Origin: Macrostomum lignano
Lineage: Eukaryota
Reading direction: 5' to 3'
Length of the DNA: 64,000 nt
Assembly (NCBI GenBank): GCA_002269645.1
Contig: NIVC01003408.1
Coordinates: 1-64,000 of the forward strand
Below, one piece after another: positions 25,101-40,230 of this stretch. Position 1 is the stretch's first letter, and each line of letters starts with the position of its first letter. Position numbers and translations under genes: made by a program. Under the pieces are notes generated by a model. The model was not told the DNA's origin and searched no databases. It worked only from the letters and a program-made list of their open reading frames with translations.

Positions 25101-28100
25101 TATCCGTTATCCCCAACCCACTGATCATTTTTCTTGCCATCAGTAATAGCTTCCCTGGAAGGATTATACGCTGATCTCGATGGATAATAATCAAGCAAAT
25201 TGAAAGGCAAGTCGAAATCCAACCAATTTCGAGAGGCTTCTTCACTTCGAGAGACTGCAACGCTTTTACTTTGTCCCTAAGGAGGCGTGTTTCTTAGGCC
25301 ACCGCACGACATGGCGTCTGAGATCTTAACTCCCTAGCGATTCGAACTGAGTCGTGGTGCTATAAGCTCGAATGCGGCTTAAAACCCCCTTACTTAGTTT
25401 GTTTTAAGCTTTCTTCTAGACTAGGTAGAATTTTTATAAAGTTTGTATAGTTTCTAATCATTATTTTTATTATTATTAGAGGCAGAGGGGTTGTGTGCAC
25501 CCTGGCGCACTCTAAGCGACATAGGCACACAACCGGCGAGAGGCATTACTGCCCATTCCGCCGACTCCCCTGAGCAGGCATACAAGCGCGCGGATACGTA
25601 CGCAGGCACACACTCACACAGGAGTGTACAGCGGCCCTAACTTTATTTTATCGTTAGACATGTACACTTCACTGCGCCTTGGGGGTTGGCTCTCAAGGCC
25701 GTTAATTGCACGAGCAGAGCCAAGCCGAGATTCCAATTCAGCCCCAAATTAATGTGACTGCACTTGGAATCGAGCCTGAGTCGCTGGCACACCAGAGCAG
25801 CTGCGCTACCGCTGGGCTACGGCCCCCTTCTAATCATGAGGCATGCAAACTCTGTGTACTTTGGAGCTTGGCGATCATGGGCAAGAACGTTTGCCGCTGA
25901 TCTGCTCCGTCGAGTAGCTATGGGTCTCTTTCGATCAAGCTTGCAAAAATAAGACTCCAGCTCACTGTTAGAGTTACGCTCTGATAGAATAAATTCAGGA
26001 ATATAATGCATATCAAAGCATTCAGCTGCTTAGATGACGCTCTGTAAACATTGAAGCCCACGCCTCGAGAATCATAAGAGGAACCTTTTGACTGCCAAAA
26101 AACCAGATGCCTTTGAATTCAAAAGTATCTATTGGATAGTAGAACATAGTTTCTTTGCTTTTTCTGCCGACAATGATCTGTGCTGGAAAGCCAAACCGTA
26201 TCGTTTCTTTTCTTTCTCGCAATACGCTTGTCCGTTCACTTTTTACCTTTATTTCGTTCTCGTTCTGGGATTTAGTAACCCACAAGCTTCTACGCAAAAA
26301 CAGACATAAGGATATGAAGTGTGCTTCCTTGCATTCCAGGACTTTCTTGATCCTCATTCGTGTCCAATGCAGGCAAAGCACAGGCTCAGATGCATATTTT
26401 CATTTCAGAATTTATCTGTTACTGTGCTCAGTCACAGAGCGTCAAGAGGGACTTCAACAATATGCTACATGGTTCTTAAAATTTATTGTTTGTTTGCTTG
26501 GACTTTTAATCTGGGATGTGCCTGTGGCTATTTAGCTATTCACATTGCTGAATAAAGGCCTGAAAAGCGATGAAAAAGCAGACGAGTCATTTGCTATCTA
26601 TTCAGTTTCAGAAGTGCCCCCCATGGAAAAGCAGAGCTTCGAGGAAACCTTGGTTTCAGAGTCGCTGTTTTGACAGATTTTTTATTCAACTGCCGACCCA
26701 CTTTAGAAAAAAGTTTAACCAGTCAGTCTCTTGGGCGCTATTATGCCTGACTTTAGTGCGTTTACTGCCGTCTGACAGCAATGCTGCTTGAAAAAGTGAA
26801 CTTTCGCATGCGCGAAGCTTTTGTTTCAGACGCTGCATTTCAATTTAATCAATACGCGCTTGTACTTCTCCGCCAGCAGAGTTTAGCATTCCACTTCAGC
26901 TTAGTCGCATCCTACAATTTAATCTAGTAGGTAATCACTTAGCTTGAATGAAAAACCCACTAGGGCAGCGTAAATAATAATTAGGATGAGACTATACCAG
27001 ACTGTATTTCAACTGCAAAGGTATTTTTCTTACTTATACATAGTTTTGGCATTCATACGTCTCTGGATTTTTATGTTTGCCAGCTTAAACGCTTGCAATT
27101 TGCTTATTGCATAGAGGAATTACATGCACAGTGATTTTGTTACGTTCGCGCACTCGTCATCAAGGCATTTAGCACTCAAAATTCATCAAAATTCATTTTC
27201 ACACTGAAATGGGCACTTAGTTCGTAAAAGTCAGTGACAATGCACAGGCGTCAAGAGGCGATAAAATTTCACTGAAACGTCGCTTGTATGCCGGCCTCCA
27301 AACAAAGTTACATTCTATTTCGACAGAGATTTGTGAGCATGGATACAATCTTAAAAGTTAATCTATTTTTAAATTTTAGTTTTCACTGTACTGCACAACT
27401 GTACAATTGTTGCACACTAAGAGTTGATGTGAGGGCTGAGAAGAAGATCTGATTGAAGTAGACGATTAATTGCTGGAAGAAGATGGAATCGATGAAGTTG
27501 AAGCAGGATTTGAGGAAGAGCTCGTGGCACAGCAGCCTCGACAGTACGCTATTGTAAACAACAGTGAAAGAGACCGTATCATCAAGGCTGCTGATCGTGG
27601 GGATGACTTTGTGGAACTGGCGCGCGGAGTCAAGAGGTCAACAGCGTACAGGATTATGAGGTCAGGAAAGCGGAAGAGAAGCCCCAAAGGTGGAGCTCTT
27701 TGCAAGACACATTTAACCATGCTTACATACGTACCTCGCTGCTTTGGTGGACATGCAATTGATGATTAGGTCCCAGATGGTTGGTTAACTTGAGATGGCT
27801 CAAGTTGATTAACTGACATTGACTCGATCCTGTTTTAAATTTTACTCTTACGCTCGTATGTTCATCGATAGGTTCTTTTTTTTCTATTTGTCGAAATAGA
27901 ATGTAACTTTGTTTCTTTTGAATTTCAAAGCTTAACGTGTGCGTCACTCAGGTACAATTTTGGCCACAGACAGTCTGAATTGAATTGTCTGTGGCCAAAT
28001 CATCTGTTTCAATCTGTTTGAAACAGATGATCTGTCTGTCATCTGCTTCAATAGAAAGGGACTTTGTTTGAATTGAACTTCCGCAACCGCTGATATTTCT

Positions 28101-29891
28101 TAAAGTGTTTGAACTGAAGTTCCGCTTGTTTCTTTTGAACAAGACTTTGTTCAAGATAGGAGGTAAAATGGTGTACCTGGTCCTTGTTACATTAAGCTGT
28201 AAGTGAAGTTTCGGTCTTGCTAAGGACCTTGCAGTAGTTTTCGGCATTGTGAACTGTGGTCTTTTGAAAGCGAGCCGCAAAAACATACTCGTAAGCATTA
28301 AAGGATTAAGCATTATGCCGAAGCATTAAAGTTGTGTCATGGAAGATCGGTAGGTGAGGAAACTCGTGGTGATGCGCCTGACGATGTCCGATTCAGCCGG
28401 AACGCGTTGCGAATAGTAGTTTTTGTCAGTTTTTAATTTATTCCTCTACTCTACGAGGTGGATTTCTACAGTTTCAAACAAACTTTACCGTAAATTTAAG
28501 GTACTGCGCCCTCTAGTACCTTTGATCTTTGGTGCAGCAGTGCACTCTGATTCTAAAATTACCTTTCTTTTTCCCAGCGTGCATTGTTGTATGTAGACTT
28601 AAATTTAATGGGAGTCTCAATAGCAGGATTGAATCGGAAGTGAAAAATGTTTTAATCGAAGCAGTTTATTCAACGCTACCTCTTTCATTAGGAATTGGAT
28701 TCTAACAACTGATTGATCTGGAGGCAGACTAGGCATTGTTTTCGTGAGAATTTATTGTTCTCACAGGCGAAAAATTGAAATCGCTATTCCACTCGAAACC
28801 TTGCATTTACTTTCCTTTCCTCCACTTTTATCCCGGATTTCTTTATGAGGCTCACTGCTTTGTGCACCTCTGTTTTCAATGCAGTGTTTGATTGCAACTC
28901 CAGTGCGGTAGTGAATCCCAAACCCATTGATCAAGCATCTGACTTGATCTTGCAGCTAAAAGCTCTTTGATATAGAATTGCTTCTACATGTATAGGGGAC
29001 GGTGATTTGTGTATTTTTGCATGCTCGTTTCTGAGTTCAATCTGTCATTTGTAGGTTTTTTAATCCCTGCGCGCAGACGATTGGACATCAAGAGTAGTTC
29101 AGTAGTCCTTGTTTTATTCCATGTATGGCTTGCGACAGCGCTGTGCCGCCGTGCTAATTAAAAGTATAACTTGCCCATAATTAACTTATTTTCTAGCACA
29201 TTACAAATATAATATATTTGACTTTTAATTAATCTTTTACGGCATCTTTAATCCTTTAAATTGCCAACATGAGGTCGTTACAGGGCCTGCATATTCTGGC
29301 TATTTAGATTAGAACACTGGAGCAGATGCCTAAAGATCGCACTCTTCCGCGCGTTCGACCTAAAGGCGTCCTGCAGACGGTGTTTGAAGATATCAGCTAA
29401 AAAAGCGCATCTTAGTGGAACTACTCACCAACGTATCTCTCCACTGTGGAGGTGACCAGCAGCCACACGGACACCATTCTGGACGAATAAGAGAAGAACA
29501 GGCGCAGCTGGCAGGCTATCTGGGTGTACAGCCAGTCGCGGGACCAGTCCGGCAGCAGGGTCTGCTTCTGCAGCCAGTCTGGCGCTACGTAGAACAGCAG
29601 CACCAGCAGGTCGGCCCCAGCCAGCGCGGTGAAGTAAGCTTTAGCCGACTGGTTGGCGGTCTGGCGCCTGGTGAACACCAGGATGCAGAGGCCGTTGCCA
29701 ATGCAGCCAATCAGCAGCACGAAAGGCGTCACCGCAGTGAAGATGTACTGGCTCAGTGCAGCGCTGAGCGCCGTCGGATGCACCAGCGGGGCTATCGTAG
29801 CGTTCGAACTGTTGTAGAGTCCATCGCCCTGTGCGCTGGAGTTTCCGCACTGCAGTATGCTGCAGAGAAAATCCTTGTCCAGCACTTGCAT
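22154..29891 (-). CDS. Peptide GPCR, FMRFamide/myosuppressin-receptor-like group; exons 29891-29429, 24014-23870, 22985-22154 (~479 aa)
   Basis: Exon 1: N-glyc sites, TM1 IGCIGNGLCILVF, TM2 ALAGADLLVLL, TM3 SVWLLVTSTVERYV|G. Exon 2: VRNPL..KRVILLIVCISYVLCLWRP. Exon 3: TM5 IIPTCLLFTFN, TM6 FLVLTWPY, TM7 SINFFLY..VSSYFR. GT/AG sites with matching phases 1 and 2. AATAAA at 22092-22097. The exon 3 acceptor could alternatively be a later in-frame AG. Confidence 0.85.
23231..23535 (+). mobile_element. tRNA-derived CORE-like SINE (family 2), copy 1, in GPCR intron 2
   Basis: A box TAGTCTAGTGG, B box GGCTCGATTC, central ccttgagcaagacgcttaactc...cagctgtaaaatggg resembling the MIR/CORE domain. Second copy at 39681-39990. 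Confidence 0.85.
25462..25827 (-). mobile_element. tRNA-derived SINE (family 1), copy 2, in GPCR intron 1
   Basis: Near-identical to 4817-5173. 10-bp TSD ttctaatcat at 25452-25461 and 25828-25837. (AAT)n tail. Confidence 0.92.
27470..27769 (+). pseudogene. Internally deleted Tc1/IS630-like transposase (N-terminal HTH joined to C-terminal tail)
   Basis: ERDRIIKAADRGDDFVELARGVKRSTAYRIMRSG..PKGG is an HTH-type N-terminus, followed directly by YVPRC..I tail. No catalytic domain. Confidence 0.5.
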
Positions 29892-30715
29892 GACGTTGTT
29901 GTTGACGTACTGACTGTCTAAGAATTTCCTTTTTTTATTACTTCGAAGTAGATTTGGCTTTGATGCGCAAGGGACGGGTTGCTTACGAGGTATTAGCCTG
30001 ACTTGGCCGGCTTGGAGTTGAGTAATCCGATTTCACAGCTCCGCTGATAAAGCCTTTAGATCTCCGCTTCTGATTGGCCGAGACTGCTCCCTGCCATGGG
30101 CTGAGTTGCTGCTGTCATTCATAACATATTTTAAGATGTAACAAAAGGCTCGTATTCTTTATTCGATTCATTTCAGATCAGGAGATTAAATTTAATATGG
30201 TTGGGAGTATTGAGACAAAAAAATTGTACCTGCACAAGTCCGCCTTTGGTAAACAAAATTTTTATTCCATGCTGTCGGAACTGCTTCTCATGAGCTCTTA
30301 GAGTTGAAATAGTGAGCTGTGGGACCTCGGCTTCCGCTCAGTGGGTGTACGAGAGGAAGCTGAAAGCGATTTGGAATCATCTGATCGATTAATCAGAAAG
30401 TTGCTCGCTTAGTATACATGTGCGGTGTACATGTACTTGCTCAGCGTCCTGAGGCTTGAGGCTTGTCTGGGTAGCCAGATAAAGTGCTCACTTCGCACCT
30501 CAATTCATCTCGAATAAGCGTACAGGTGTTTATGTTCGATTCTGAACAAGTGCACAGGTGTTTATGTTAAAGCGCACTGAGCATTTCTATTCTTGGAAAT
30601 GAGCTCAGATTTTACTGCGCAGAGTAGCTCTCCTACTCACTTTTAAACCTATCAGCATAATTGAATTGCTATTAAATTTAATTTAATTTGAGATTTGAGG
30701 CTCACACCTGCTCAC

Positions 30716-30896
30716 CAAAAACAGCTCTCTGTACCGACAAGGTAGTGAGAGTGGTGGCCGGGACGCCGGCGTCAGCCAGCAAGCAGTCGATGAAACGTTG
30801 AGCGTCAGCGTCAGCAGCAGAACCCCCTAAATCGGCAGACCTTCTCGAATGAGTTTCGTTGACCTGGCCATACATGCACAGTGTAGGGTGTCTCAC
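30716..30896 (-). other. Candidate upstream exon of the peptide GPCR (coding extension or 5'UTR)
   Basis: Ends TTTG|GTGAGC (phase 1). An acceptor ttcttag| at 29918 is in phase with the exon-1 frame. Confidence 0.35.
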
Positions 30897-31602
30897 TAGA
30901 AAATGTGCCTCATAATCACGAGCTAAATTAGAAATCTCTGTTTGTCGGGCTTCTCGAAATGCTAAAACTTTTTGATCTCTTAATCTTTTAATTTCAGTTT
31001 AAAAGACAGTTTAAAAGCGTCACAAAGACTTTCCGAATGAGCAGCTTTAGGTGTAGTTTACCCTTGATTAAAAACCATAGTAGCCTCAAAGCTTGTGGAG
31101 TAATAAGCATGGCGAGGTCACCTTATGAGAAGGTGGAGAGTAAAATAAAAAGTAGCAACCCATTTAGGCTGCTGCTACGACAGGGACAACTTCCAAAAAT
31201 ATCCATGAACGCGACTGGAAAAGACGTCTCCTTCTATTTAACGCCTTGTCGTGCACATCAGAGATTGGATTGCTTTGGTTTCCAGGACTGTCGCAGTGAG
31301 CTCGCTCAGATGCTGGCACTAGTTATGCAGCAGAGTTGCATCATCAGTGCAATGCAGCAGATTTTCTACCAATCATTAAAAAGCGGTCTGTTGTGTTTCG
31401 GAATGAAATTTGGTGCACGCAAATGGGCTTAAACCTCTATTTGACTGCAGTTTTAGGCGCTTATATCCGTTCCCGACGGATAGGCCGAAAACAGCCATAG
31501 ACAGTTTACAAATTTACGATCGTAAATGCTGCTACTACCACCGTTCCTGACGTGACGTGAAAGTCAGGAATCGAATGTTGTTTAAGCGAGTATAAGTATA
31601 AG

Positions 31603-31691
31603 ATAATCCCCACTTGATTTCGTTTCTTTGGCCTAGAAACGCAGTCCTCAGCCGTTCCTAGGCCAAAGAAACGAAATCAAGTGGGGATTAT
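31603..31691. repeat. Perfect 34-bp inverted repeat with 21-nt loop (mini-MITE-like)
   Basis: ataatccccacttgatttcgtttctttggcctag (31603-31636) and its exact reverse complement at 31658-31691. Confidence 0.92.
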
Positions 31692-32766
31692 AATATTTAA
31701 TTGCCGCAGCCAGCGGGAGGAAATGAGACTAAGCCTCGGCCATAGACTATTGACTATAAAGCTCTATAAAGCCGAATATTCTGTGTAAGATCAGAAAAGC
31801 TTCAGTTGTGTGTAGCTTGGTACCGAATATGGGTGACATCTCTGCTGCTGTCGTTGTTGAAGCCCCGGATATGGAGTTTTCGCCGGACTACTGGATTTCA
31901 TCCTGAAGCCCGGTGAGTGAGTCTCGGGTGACTGCGGCGCAGGTGCAAGTGCCCTTGCCTCCTCTGGAGGTGCAGGCTCCTACGAAGAAAATGCGCATAG
32001 AGGCTTTTGGAGACAGCAACAAAGTGGTGTTCCACTTTGATTACTTTCATCCTCCCTCCTTCGCTGACTCCCTCTGACACCCTCTGATACAAGACTGCTT
32101 ATAACTGTTCGTTGTTAGATTTTTCACTTTCGATCCCCATTTGTTGCTATTCAGTGTTGTGAAACCGGTCTTTGTGTTTCTACCATAGACAATTATTTCT
32201 TGGCCTCCAAGAAACGCCTGATGGGAGTCTCAACTCATTTGAAAGAATGTTTTTTAGCCATAGACAATTATTTCTTGGAGTCCAAGAAATGAAAATACAC
32301 AGAGGAGATAGGCAGCTGGCCGGGCCAAAGCGGGGATTAAATTCTTGCGATATATTTGCAGTAGTAGAATAATCTAAGTTGCTTGACGAAACACAGATCG
32401 AGTGCAGTAAGTTAAATATTGTGAATATTGAACTTCACTGGTGCATTACATGGCTGAGTAAGTGGAGAGACTTAAGGGGCGAGGCAAGGCTAGCGCAATG
32501 ATGTACACTGAATTGCACAGAGTACGCATTGGTTTACAGAGTACATAGAAACTTGGAATTGAATAAAGTTAAGTGACTAAGTTAGCAGAATGAAGTCTAA
32601 TTGAATAAAGCTAAGCAACAAACCGCACACAGTTACCCATGCTAACAAACCAACGAACCGTCACTTTAGTTCCTGCCTATGGTCTCGCTTAGATTTAGTG
32701 TCTGTTCGCTAATTTAATTCATTTATACGGACTGCTTTATACGAGCATTTTACTTTTTGTTTAGTT

Positions 32767-34100
32767 TTGACTAGTTATGGATCTCATTTACACGTCGGAC
32801 TCAGAAGACAAATGGAGGAAGAACACGAGTGTCACCAAGCTATCGAAGGGACGGACGACAGGCCCACGGCTGTCACAGAGTTCATGGGCACCCCAGGTTT
32901 TCGGCCGGATTGGGTACCACCACAATCAGCGAATGGCAGTGAGTCAGAGTTTTTGCACCATAACCTAACCGACGAGCTGTTCGAGAACATTGCGAGGTGG
33001 ACGAACGAACACGCCTGGAGTTTCGCTGAGGAAAGGTCAGCTGATGAGTTACCAAAGGTTGTGTCTACATGGAAGGATTGCAGTTTTGACGAGGTGAAGA
33101 AGCTGATCGGCATCGTGTTGCTTATGGGCATTGATGACAAGCCGGAGATCAGCTCATACTGGGCAAAGGATCCTGTGTACCACTGCACGTTTCTGGCTCA
33201 GCCACATTCACTTTCGCGCGATCGTTTCAAGCAGATTCTCTCCTGCCTTCTCTTTTACAGTAGCGCTGGTCCCGCTCCTCAAAGCCCTGTGGACAAAATC
33301 TCTCCATTCCTTGCTCTTGTGCAGCACGCCTGTCGGAACAACTACATGCCCGATCAGAATCTATCAATTGACGAGACTCTGGTCATGTACAAAGGACGGG
33401 TACAGTTTAGGCAGTACATTCCCTCTAAGAAGAGCAAGTATGGTATCAAGTTATACTGCCTGTGTGAGGCCAAGTCCAGATACCTGTGGAACTTTGCCGT
33501 TCACACAACGCAGCAGGAGAATGGCAGGTTTGGTGCCGGACTGGACTGTGAGGCCCTGTCCTTTAGTGAGCGAGTCGTAGCCGAGCTATGCGCGCATTCT
33601 ACATCTTGGCCATCGCATCTTCACCGACAGCTGGTTTACATCGTACCGACTGGCTTCGTGGCTACTAGCCCGCGACACCATGCCGACTGGCACCGTGCGC
33701 AAAGATCGTGGACCGCCGCCACTGCTGCGAGACACTAACCTGCACCCTACATCATCAGCATTCGCAAGGTGTGGCAACGTGCTGACGTGCAACTTTGTAG
33801 ACTCCAAGAACAGTGGCAAGAAGACTGTGTACTTGCTGGACACGGCAGGTAACGCGCAGTGCCACGATGTGGCCCGCATTCGCCCTGGTGGTCAGCAGCA
33901 AGTGATGGCGAAGCTGGTCAGCATCACCACGTACAGTCGTTGTATGGGTTGAGTGGACCGCATGGACTCTAACACGAGTCCCTACATACCGCAAGTCGCT
34001 GCGCTGGTTCAACAAGCTCTTGGCACTTGTTTCGTGGTGGCTGTTAGTCGACTGTAAACCATCTACTCTGTGCATGTACTTTATCATTCACTGTGAGAAA
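32767..34100 (+). pseudogene. piggyBac (PGBD4-like, DDE_Tnp_1_7) transposase pseudogene
   Basis: WTNEHA, IGIVLLMGI, YW, SRDRFKQIL, SIDETLVMYKGR, QYIPSKKSKYGIKLY. Frameshift near 33590 to HRIFTDSWFTS..GTVRKDR. In-frame stop in MG*VDRMD, then RKSLRWFNKLF. No C-terminal Cys domain or TTAA-TIR found. Confidence 0.9.
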
Positions 34101-34441
34101 CTGTCGTTGCCTTATTGGTGTGTTAGATACATAGATGAAGGAATAGAAGTTATATTGATTATAAATATGGTTATATATAGTAGTCAGTAGTCCTTGTGCA
34201 TAAGATCTATATGGCCGTTTTCTGCCTCTAGTCGTCGGGAACGGCTGTGGTGAAAAACCCAACGAATCTGGCCCATAGAGATTTATGCCGTCCAGCTTGG
34301 ACGGCTATCCGCCTGCCTATGGTTAAATACCCCCATTGTTTAGCAATTTGACGATCATTATTCGCATTTTTATGCAGAACAATACATGACTGCAAACAAT
34401 GCATTGTTTTTAGGATCGTCAAACAGAAAAGCAATGCAAAG

Positions 34442-34536
34442 AATCAGCGGTCGCTGCACGTGACAACGATTTGTCTATGGCTCGCGCCTGCCGGCGCTCG
34501 CCAGACAATCGTTGTCACGCACTGGGACCGCTGATT
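34442..34536. repeat. Imperfect inverted repeat (hairpin element)
   Basis: aatcagcggtc..cgtgacaacgat.tgtct and agacaatcgttgtcacg..gaccgctgatt; contains GTCTATGG. Confidence 0.75.
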
Positions 34537-35144
34537 ATTTATCCATTGCTTCCTGGCACCAGATCTCAGATGTCGAAAACTCGTTTTGAAAAAAATAACT
34601 TTGAAAAGTGCTGCTTCATAGCTTTCAGTGCAAATAAAACTGTAATCTAGAATAAAAGTGAAGAATTCCTTTATCTCGTTAAAACTGTATGATGTGCCGT
34701 TTACGTGACGCTAATTAGTGAGCCGGAAAAGATCTGTATTGCTTGCCAGGACAAAAGAGCAGCAGTTGCTTGCATCCTGGCACTCGTGGATAGTCATTCT
34801 GGATTCTTAAGGCCGAATTATACACAATTATGCAACGAGTGTTCACCAGCCCTGTTATTGCCAGACTTCTTGCTCGCCAAGGAAAAAAGCTGGTTTGCAA
34901 TGGGAATGACATTCACCGTCTACTTTTGTTCCTGTCAGAATCTTTTGTTCTACTTTTTTTAAGTCAGACCTTTGCTACAAGTTGCCCTAAAAATAATTTC
35001 ATAACCGAGATTCGACAGAAAGACTTGAAAAGGGCGAATTGAAAATCTTTGCCGAGGAGCAGATCTTATTGAGAACGGGGCCAAGGCTGAAGCCATAGCA
35101 TCATAGTAGGAGAGTACGAGCTAAAAAGTCAAGGAACTTAAAGA

Positions 35145-37495
<2,351 letters not shown>

Positions 37496-38184
37496 GCCTG
37501 CCTTCCTTCATCCACCCTGTTTCTCCTACTTCCCAAAAAGTAAACAGCCCGTCAGTTTCAGATCCCTTTCACTGAAACTGACTTAGTAATTCCCTCAGCT
37601 TGCGAAAATTCGGTCAGAAGGCATGCTGAAGTTCTCGGAAGGTAAGACATTCTGAATTTATATTGTAGAAAAATACTGAAAAATCTCTTTGGCAAACACT
37701 GAACACATGCGAATTCGCGCGATCTTCAAGTGGACAGGAAATATTGGTATTTCTTCAATGGCTACAGCTCAAGACCAGCTCATTCTCGCAGTCAAGTTTC
37801 AGCGGCCCCATCAAAGCAAAAAGTTATTCTAAGGCGCTCGTCAATGAAGCAAATTGAAAACTTGAGCAAAAAACATGACAACGCTTTATTCATGCACCCC
37901 CGAGATTTGCTCAATATTCTCACCTGAATTCAATTTAGCTAATTAACTGCAATAATACTGCAAATTAAGTTTTTCAATTTTGAGAATCATTAAATTTTTA
38001 GTAGGCTGCGACTTCAGCGGCACGGATTAATGGTCATACTCTGGGATGGCTGCTCAGTCACGCGACCTCTGCAAATTTCGGCTGAGTTTTAGTATGATTG
38101 TTAGAAAATTAACCTTAGATAATAAAAGGCTGGATAAGGTTCGAGTTCAATGAGAAAGGGAACTGTTCCAGTATATGTGATTAG

Positions 38185-38380
38185 TTCACGGGTCGGCCCG
38201 CGAAGCCTCTCTATCCGGCCCTCGGTCCTTTGAAACTTCACAACGGCAATGCGGCCCGCTCATGTTTGTGTCTTCTCAGCTCTACCCTCTCCTCTCTCCT
38301 CTCATCTTTGATCTCATCTCATCTTTTCTCTTCTGTCTACTCTCTCCAGCCATGATGTAGATAAGCTGATAACCCCTGTA
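38185..38380. mobile_element. Possible hAT/Charlie-type non-autonomous fragment
   Basis: ggcccgcg, ccggccc and gcggcccgc motifs plus a terminal gataacccctg, reminiscent of hAT MITE ends. No partner TIR seen. Confidence 0.3.
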
Positions 38381-39290
38381 TTAGGTCAAAAGCTTTTCAC
38401 TCCCTAGACAGACAAAAGCCAAATAACGCCATGCACCTTAGCTTTATTAAGCTTTCCACAGCTCTATCGTAAACCCCATTCTTCTGATGAAACAAAGAAT
38501 TTGTTTTCTTTGCAAAAGAAACTAAGATTGTTGCATGTATGCGAGTAATAAAAATGAGTTGCTAGGTGACTGCAATGAAAGTCAAAAACCTGGCACACTA
38601 CTTTTTGCATAGGTTCTGCCCTTCTCGCCATGTCTTATGGAGTTCTCATAGTAAAACTGTAGCAACCCGCGTGACCGTTAATTACTTCGACTGAGCTCAT
38701 GCAAAACTAATGAATCAATATCTCTCCCTGTAACCATGCGGGCACGCAGGCCAGGTGCACTGATATTAAAATTCGAAACAGAGCGGGATTCCCATTCGTT
38801 CTGATTGGCGTGACTGCAATAAAGGCGACAAGAAAGTGAAACTGATGACAAATGTAACCGTCATCTCAATAAAGTAACCGTTTTAACCCCCTGTTAGGCA
38901 CTGCCGGCTGATCTCTGCATGGCTGCGCTGCATACTGAAAAGAAAATTCTGTAAATTTTATCTACCGAAAACCGCATAGACCTGGTAAAGGAGATTTAGC
39001 CTCTAGGCAGAAGTTGCTTTTAATCCGTGCAATCGGGTCCGGAAGATGTTGCCTTCATCTGTCTGCGTGCTCTGCTCATTTCTGCTAGAGACCAATGAAT
39101 AGGAACCAATGAAATTTTGCTTATTAGGACACCCGTTATGTCAAATTCAAGCATTAATTTGCATAGCCGTCTACTTTAGTAGTACCAGTAGTTTCGGCGC
39201 ATAAAATTTGGAGTGAAACTTTGCTACCCCAGTGATCTTATTGCACAAAGCTTCGCATACAACAGCTCTGTGAAGACATGTTTTACCTAG

Positions 39291-39680
39291 TGTTGTAGCT
39301 TAGTTGAGGGTTGTAGCCTAGTGAGGGTTGTCGCCTAGGAAGGGGGGGTTGTAGACTAGTGAGGGTTGTAGCCTAGTGGGGTTGTAGCCTAGTGGGGTTG
39401 TAGCCTAGTGGGAGTTGTAGCCTAGTGGGAGTTGTAGCCTTAGTGGGAGTTTTAGCCTAGTGGGGTTGTAGCCTAGTGACGGTTGTAGCCTAGTGAGGGT
39501 TGTAGCCTAGTGGGAGTTGTAGACTAGTGGGGGGTTGTAGCCTAGTGGGGTTGTAGCCTAGTGAGGGTTGTAGCCTAGTGGGAGTTGTAGCCTAGTGGGG
39601 GTTGTAGCCTAGTGGGAGTTGTAGCCTAGTGGGGTTGTAGCCTAGTGAGAGTTGTAGCCTAGTGGGTGTTGTAGCCTAGT
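39291..39680 (+). repeat. Tandem array of 15-18-bp units (gggttgtagcctagt...) derived from the SINE 5' end
   Basis: Units equal the first ~17 nt of the adjacent SINE, including the A box; the array runs directly into it. Confidence 0.9.
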
Positions 39681-39990
39681 GGGGGCTGTAGTCTAGTGGT
39701 TCGAGCGCCGGACTCACGACTTAAAGGTTGGGGGTTCGATTCCCGATCCCACTAGAACTAATTGTGCCCTTGAGCAAGACGCTTAACTCTGCATTGCTTC
39801 AGTTCACCCAGCTGTAAAATGGGTGCCAGCATTAGCCGGGGTAATTGATCGAGGGTGTGTGACCCCCCCCCAGTCCTTAGGACTGAACAGCAGTACGCAG
39901 CCTTCAGATGCGCCGCGCAATAGCTGCGGCTGAGCTGTCGGTTGCACATCTGCCGATCCAGGCAGGTGTAATCAATTATTAATTAATATT
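39681..39990 (+). mobile_element. tRNA-derived CORE-like SINE (family 2), copy 2
   Basis: B box GGTTCGATTCC; body near-identical to 23231-23535. Confidence 0.88.
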
Positions 39991-40230
39991 ATCTGCTTGT
40001 CACAACTGTCAAAAGTAATAAATAAGTTGCAAATCGATGGTTTTGTTTGCACAAAAACCACAAGCAATCGAAAAGTAATTTGCGGCGATGTATATTTTTA
40101 TTCGAAAGCCATACGGCCCTGTTGACTCATTCAGCAGCCTGGGAGTCGAGCTTCAACCAGCCATCGTTGAAGCTCATATACTCAGTCGAAGTAATTTGAG
40201 CCAGCTACAAACTGTTCGATGCGCCGCTCC

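Noticed and set aside
26022-28313. Several 70-126 aa ORFs in GPCR intron 1
   Set aside because: AT-rich, overlapping on both strands, no recognisable domain; probably decayed TE or noise.
31037-31432. 131-aa ORF
   Set aside because: No motif, no codon bias, no splice context.
34705-34962. RING-like ORF (CIACQDKRAAVAC...LCNEC)
   Set aside because: Lacks the central C-x-H and the final CxxC pair, has a non-ATG start and AT-rich codons.
38883-38900. TTAACCC as a piggyBac end for the 32767 transposase
   Set aside because: Wrong orientation for a right end and no matching inverted partner upstream of the gene.
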